From the NCBI GenBank assembly GCA_964615625.1, contig CAZTQT010000004.1, positions 2,728 through 66,727 of the forward strand: DNA of 64,000 nt, written 5' to 3'. The notes beneath the pieces were generated by a model. It searched no databases. It was not told the DNA's origin and saw only the letters and a program-made list of their open reading frames with translations. Of the stretch, positions 61,998-64,000 are shown in pieces (within the stretch, counting starts at the first letter, position 1; the number at the start of each line of letters is the position of its first letter). A program made the position numbers and the translations under genes. This stretch comes from an uncultured Candidatus Saccharibacteria bacterium. GTDB taxonomy: Bacteria; Patescibacteriota; WWE3; UBA101185; UBA10185.

Positions 61998-62876
61998 TTA
62001 AATTATTTCTTCTTTAATAAACTTTATAAGATCATCTTTTATATCAGGTCTTTTCATGGCAAATTTTAGTGTTGTTTGAATAAACCTTAAAGGATCTCCT
62101 GTTGTAAGCCATTCCCCGTCTATTGGTTGAGCTATAACTTTTCCCCCTCTTCTAGCAAGATTATCTAACATATCAGCCAACCATAACTCATTTCCTTTCC
62201 CAATGATTCTTTTTTCAGCTTCCACCATAATATCGTATGAAAGTATAAATCTTCCAAACTGAACCATTCTTGAGGGAGCGGCTTCAATAGAGGGTTTTTC
62301 AATTATCCCATTTATTTCATATTTATTTTCACCATCTGTTTTATAAGAAACAACCCCATATCTAGAGACTTCCTTTAGTTCTACCTCTTGTACAGCTATA
62401 ACAGCTTTAGGGTCTTCTTTTTCAAAAACTTTAATCAATTGTTTTGTTACAGGAGTGTCGGCCAGAGTCATATCATCACCAAACATATAAGCAAAATTAT
62501 CACCTTCTTTTATGTATTTTTTTGCTGCAAGAATAGGAGAGCCGTTTCCGTAAGGTAGGTCTTTACCTTGGGAAACAAATCTTATTTTAGCCATTTTTGA
62601 TATATCTTTTATTTTTTCCGCTAAATCTTCCTTTCCCGTGTCTCTAAGATGTCTTTCAAGTTTTCTGTCTCTTGAAAAGTAATTTTTAAAAGCCTTATCA
62701 CCGGGTCTTGTGACTATTATTATTTCTTTAATCCCAGAATCAACCAATTCTTCTACAAGATGTTGTATTATTGGAACATTAAGGATAGGTAATGTTTCTT
62801 TTGGAGTTACTTTTGTTGCAGGGAGAAATCTTGTGCCAAAACCAGCGGCAGCTATTATTGCTTTTTTGATTTTCAT
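61998..62876 (-). CDS. galU: UTP--glucose-1-phosphate uridylyltransferase
   Basis: AAGFGTRFLPATK, PKE, FGDD, IIEKP. Confidence 0.88.
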   Translation of the reverse strand: MKIKKAIIAAAGFGTRFLPATKVTPKETLPILNVPIIQHLVEELVDSGIKEIIIVTRPGDKAFKNYFSRDRKLERHLRDTGKEDLAEKIKDISKMAKIRFVSQGKDLPYGNGSPILAAKKYIKEGDNFAYMFGDDMTLADTPVTKQLIKVFEKEDPKAVIAVQEVELKEVSRYGVVSYKTDGENKYEINGIIEKPSIEAAPSRMVQFGRFILSYDIMVEAEKRIIGKGNELWLADMLDNLARRGGKVIAQPIDGEWLTTGDPLRFIQTTLKFAMKRPDIKDDLIKFIKEEII

Positions 62877-62924
62877 TGTTCCATTCTACCAAATTAACTT
62901 TAGGTATGTTTGTAAAAATAAAAT

Positions 62925-62966
62925 AAAAAAAGTCCGGAGGATCTTGTAGATCTTATCTCCGGACTT
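62925..62966 (-). terminator. Intrinsic terminator
   Basis: AAGTCCGGAG/CTCCGGACTT stem followed by a U-tract on the minus strand. Confidence 0.75.
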
Positions 62967-62984
62967 GTTTTTGTGGCGTGCCGT

Positions 62985-63212
62985 TTATAATTTTTTTGGC
63001 GTCGCCATAGGTTTGGGTTCCTCCTTCTCGGGCTTTTTAATAAAAGAAACCGTAATCAGTATTATTAACGTAATGAAGAACCCTACTACTATAATGAAGG
63101 AAAACGGGTTTGAATTGGGGTCCGTATCACTTGCTTTTTCAAATACGACGAACGCTTTGAAGATCGCGTAAATTAACAGCCCAATAAAACCTATTTTAAC
63201 TGCTGTTTTCAT
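62985..63212 (-). CDS. Small 2-TM hypothetical protein
   Basis: SD AAAGGAGAG, promoter TGGACA-17-TATAAT, own terminator. Confidence 0.7.
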   Translation of the reverse strand: MKTAVKIGFIGLLIYAIFKAFVVFEKASDTDPNSNPFSFIIVVGFFITLIILITVSFIKKPEKEEPKPMATPKKL

Positions 63213-63400
63213 CTTTCTCTCCTTTGTTTATTTTTTGATTAATTTTACCAATGCTGGCTATTATACCCTATAGTTATAGATTTGTCCAGTTTGGAGGATT
63301 ATAAGTAAAGATATAGTGAAGTAACTAGAGTATTAATACAGTAATTTTATTTTTTTGTTTCTAGAAACGTATTAATATATTTTCACCAATAAATCAGACT

Positions 63401-63589
63401 TTACTTACCTTTTTCTTTCTTAGAATCAAAGATATCTGATATACCTATTACCAAAAAAGTAATTCCTATTGGAAAATATATTCTGCCTTCTGGAGCTAGT
63501 GAGAGAAGAGAGAAAGTAATACCTAGAATTAGAAAAACACTGATAGTTGGTGAAAAAGATTTTTTACTATTTTTTACTTTTTTCTTCAT
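63401..63589 (-). CDS. Small 2-TM hypothetical protein
   Basis: ATG at 63589, 9 nt after the outer tRNA-like CCA; basic N-terminus plus two hydrophobic helices. Confidence 0.6.
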   Translation of the reverse strand: MKKKVKNSKKSFSPTISVFLILGITFSLLSLAPEGRIYFPIGITFLVIGISDIFDSKKEKGK

Positions 63590-63598
63590 ATTAAAATA

Positions 63599-63864
63599 TG
63601 GAGCCGAAGGTGGGAATCGAACCCACAACCTAGTTTTCTATCTTTTGCCTAACATGGAGCCGGTGGTCAGAATCGAACTGACAACCTAACGCTTACGATG
63701 CGCTTGCTCTACCATTGAGCTACACCGGCAAAAGATACTAGCTCCAGCGTCCGATACACTTGCTCTACAATTGATGCTATAGTGCGAAAGCACTATGGCT
63801 CAATCGCAAGGTACTTGACAAGCTACTGCGAGTCAAGACCTCCTTACCATTGAGCCACTTCGGC
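63599..63864 (-). ncRNA. Outer tRNA-like shell (Thr-type acceptor stem and T arm) enclosing tRNA-Thr(CGT)
   Basis: 5' GCCGAAG-TG-GCTCAATGGTA at 63864; 3' AGGTT-GTGGG-TTCGATT-CCCAC-CTTCGGC-T-CCA ending at 63599. Confidence 0.7.
63655..63729 (-). tRNA. tRNA-Thr(CGT)
   Basis: GCCGGTG/CACCGGC acceptor stem, GCTC/GAGC D stem, AGCGC-ATCGTAA-GCGTT anticodon arm, GTCAG-TTCGATT-CTGAC T arm, U73, CCA. Confidence 0.92.
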
Positions 63865-64000
63865 AAATAACATAAATTAAATTTTCAATTGTTAACTAAA
63901 TAAAGACTTCAAATAATCGGTATTATTCAGGCTCAATCGCAAAGTTTACCCCCCCCCACTGACCGTTCTTAAACACGAGAATTGATTATATTTTACAGAC

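Noticed and set aside
63590-63628. ORF-track N-terminus MWVRFPPSAP
   Set aside because: It is a translation of the tRNA-like T arm; ATG 63589 is the likely start
63599-63864. Group I/II intron or prophage att duplication as the explanation for the nested tRNA
   Set aside because: No recognisable group I core or group II domain V; the outer halves differ from the inner tRNA yet pair with each other; no integrase in the window

Overview
AT-rich bacterial chromosomal window (genetic code 11) with strong + strand gene bias. The gene content and style (alpha2-type GlyRS, type-2 IleRS, short UvrC, DUF4012 and LytR_C proteins, many glycosyltransferases, almost no Shine-Dalgarno sites) suggest a Patescibacteria/CPR genome, possibly WWE3/Microgenomates-like; this placement is inference. 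In order it holds: a surface-glycan locus (1-12.2 kb), recO-glyQS, mraZ-rsmH-ftsL-ftsI-yraN, a minimal two-component pair, ppsA-eno and a DedA-phosphoglycerate mutase fusion, lexA/uvrB/PBP1A/uvrA/uvrC, secG-murA-mraY-ftsW-murG-ftsQ-ftsA-ftsZ with no Mur ligases, nrdJ-pduO, ileS, rplU-rpmA, lepB, tRNA-Val(CAC), glycoside hydrolases, a flippase, an O-antigen ligase and galU. No CRISPR array, integrase or transposase was seen. The most unusual signals are: (1) an intact tRNA-Thr(CGT) nested inside a second, distinct tRNA-like shell at 63.6-63.9 kb; (2) two compact multi-branch inverted-repeat structures inside the rsmH and yraN coding sequences; (3) a dcw cluster whose MurA and MraY lack canonical catalytic residues; (4) a structured element with a duplicated 3' end behind tRNA-Val; (5) three orphan cassettes sharing an AAAGGAGAG..AAGATG start signal in an otherwise apparently leaderless genome; (6) a candidate direct-repeat LexA box. 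All product calls come from motif recognition by eye; no database searches were run.
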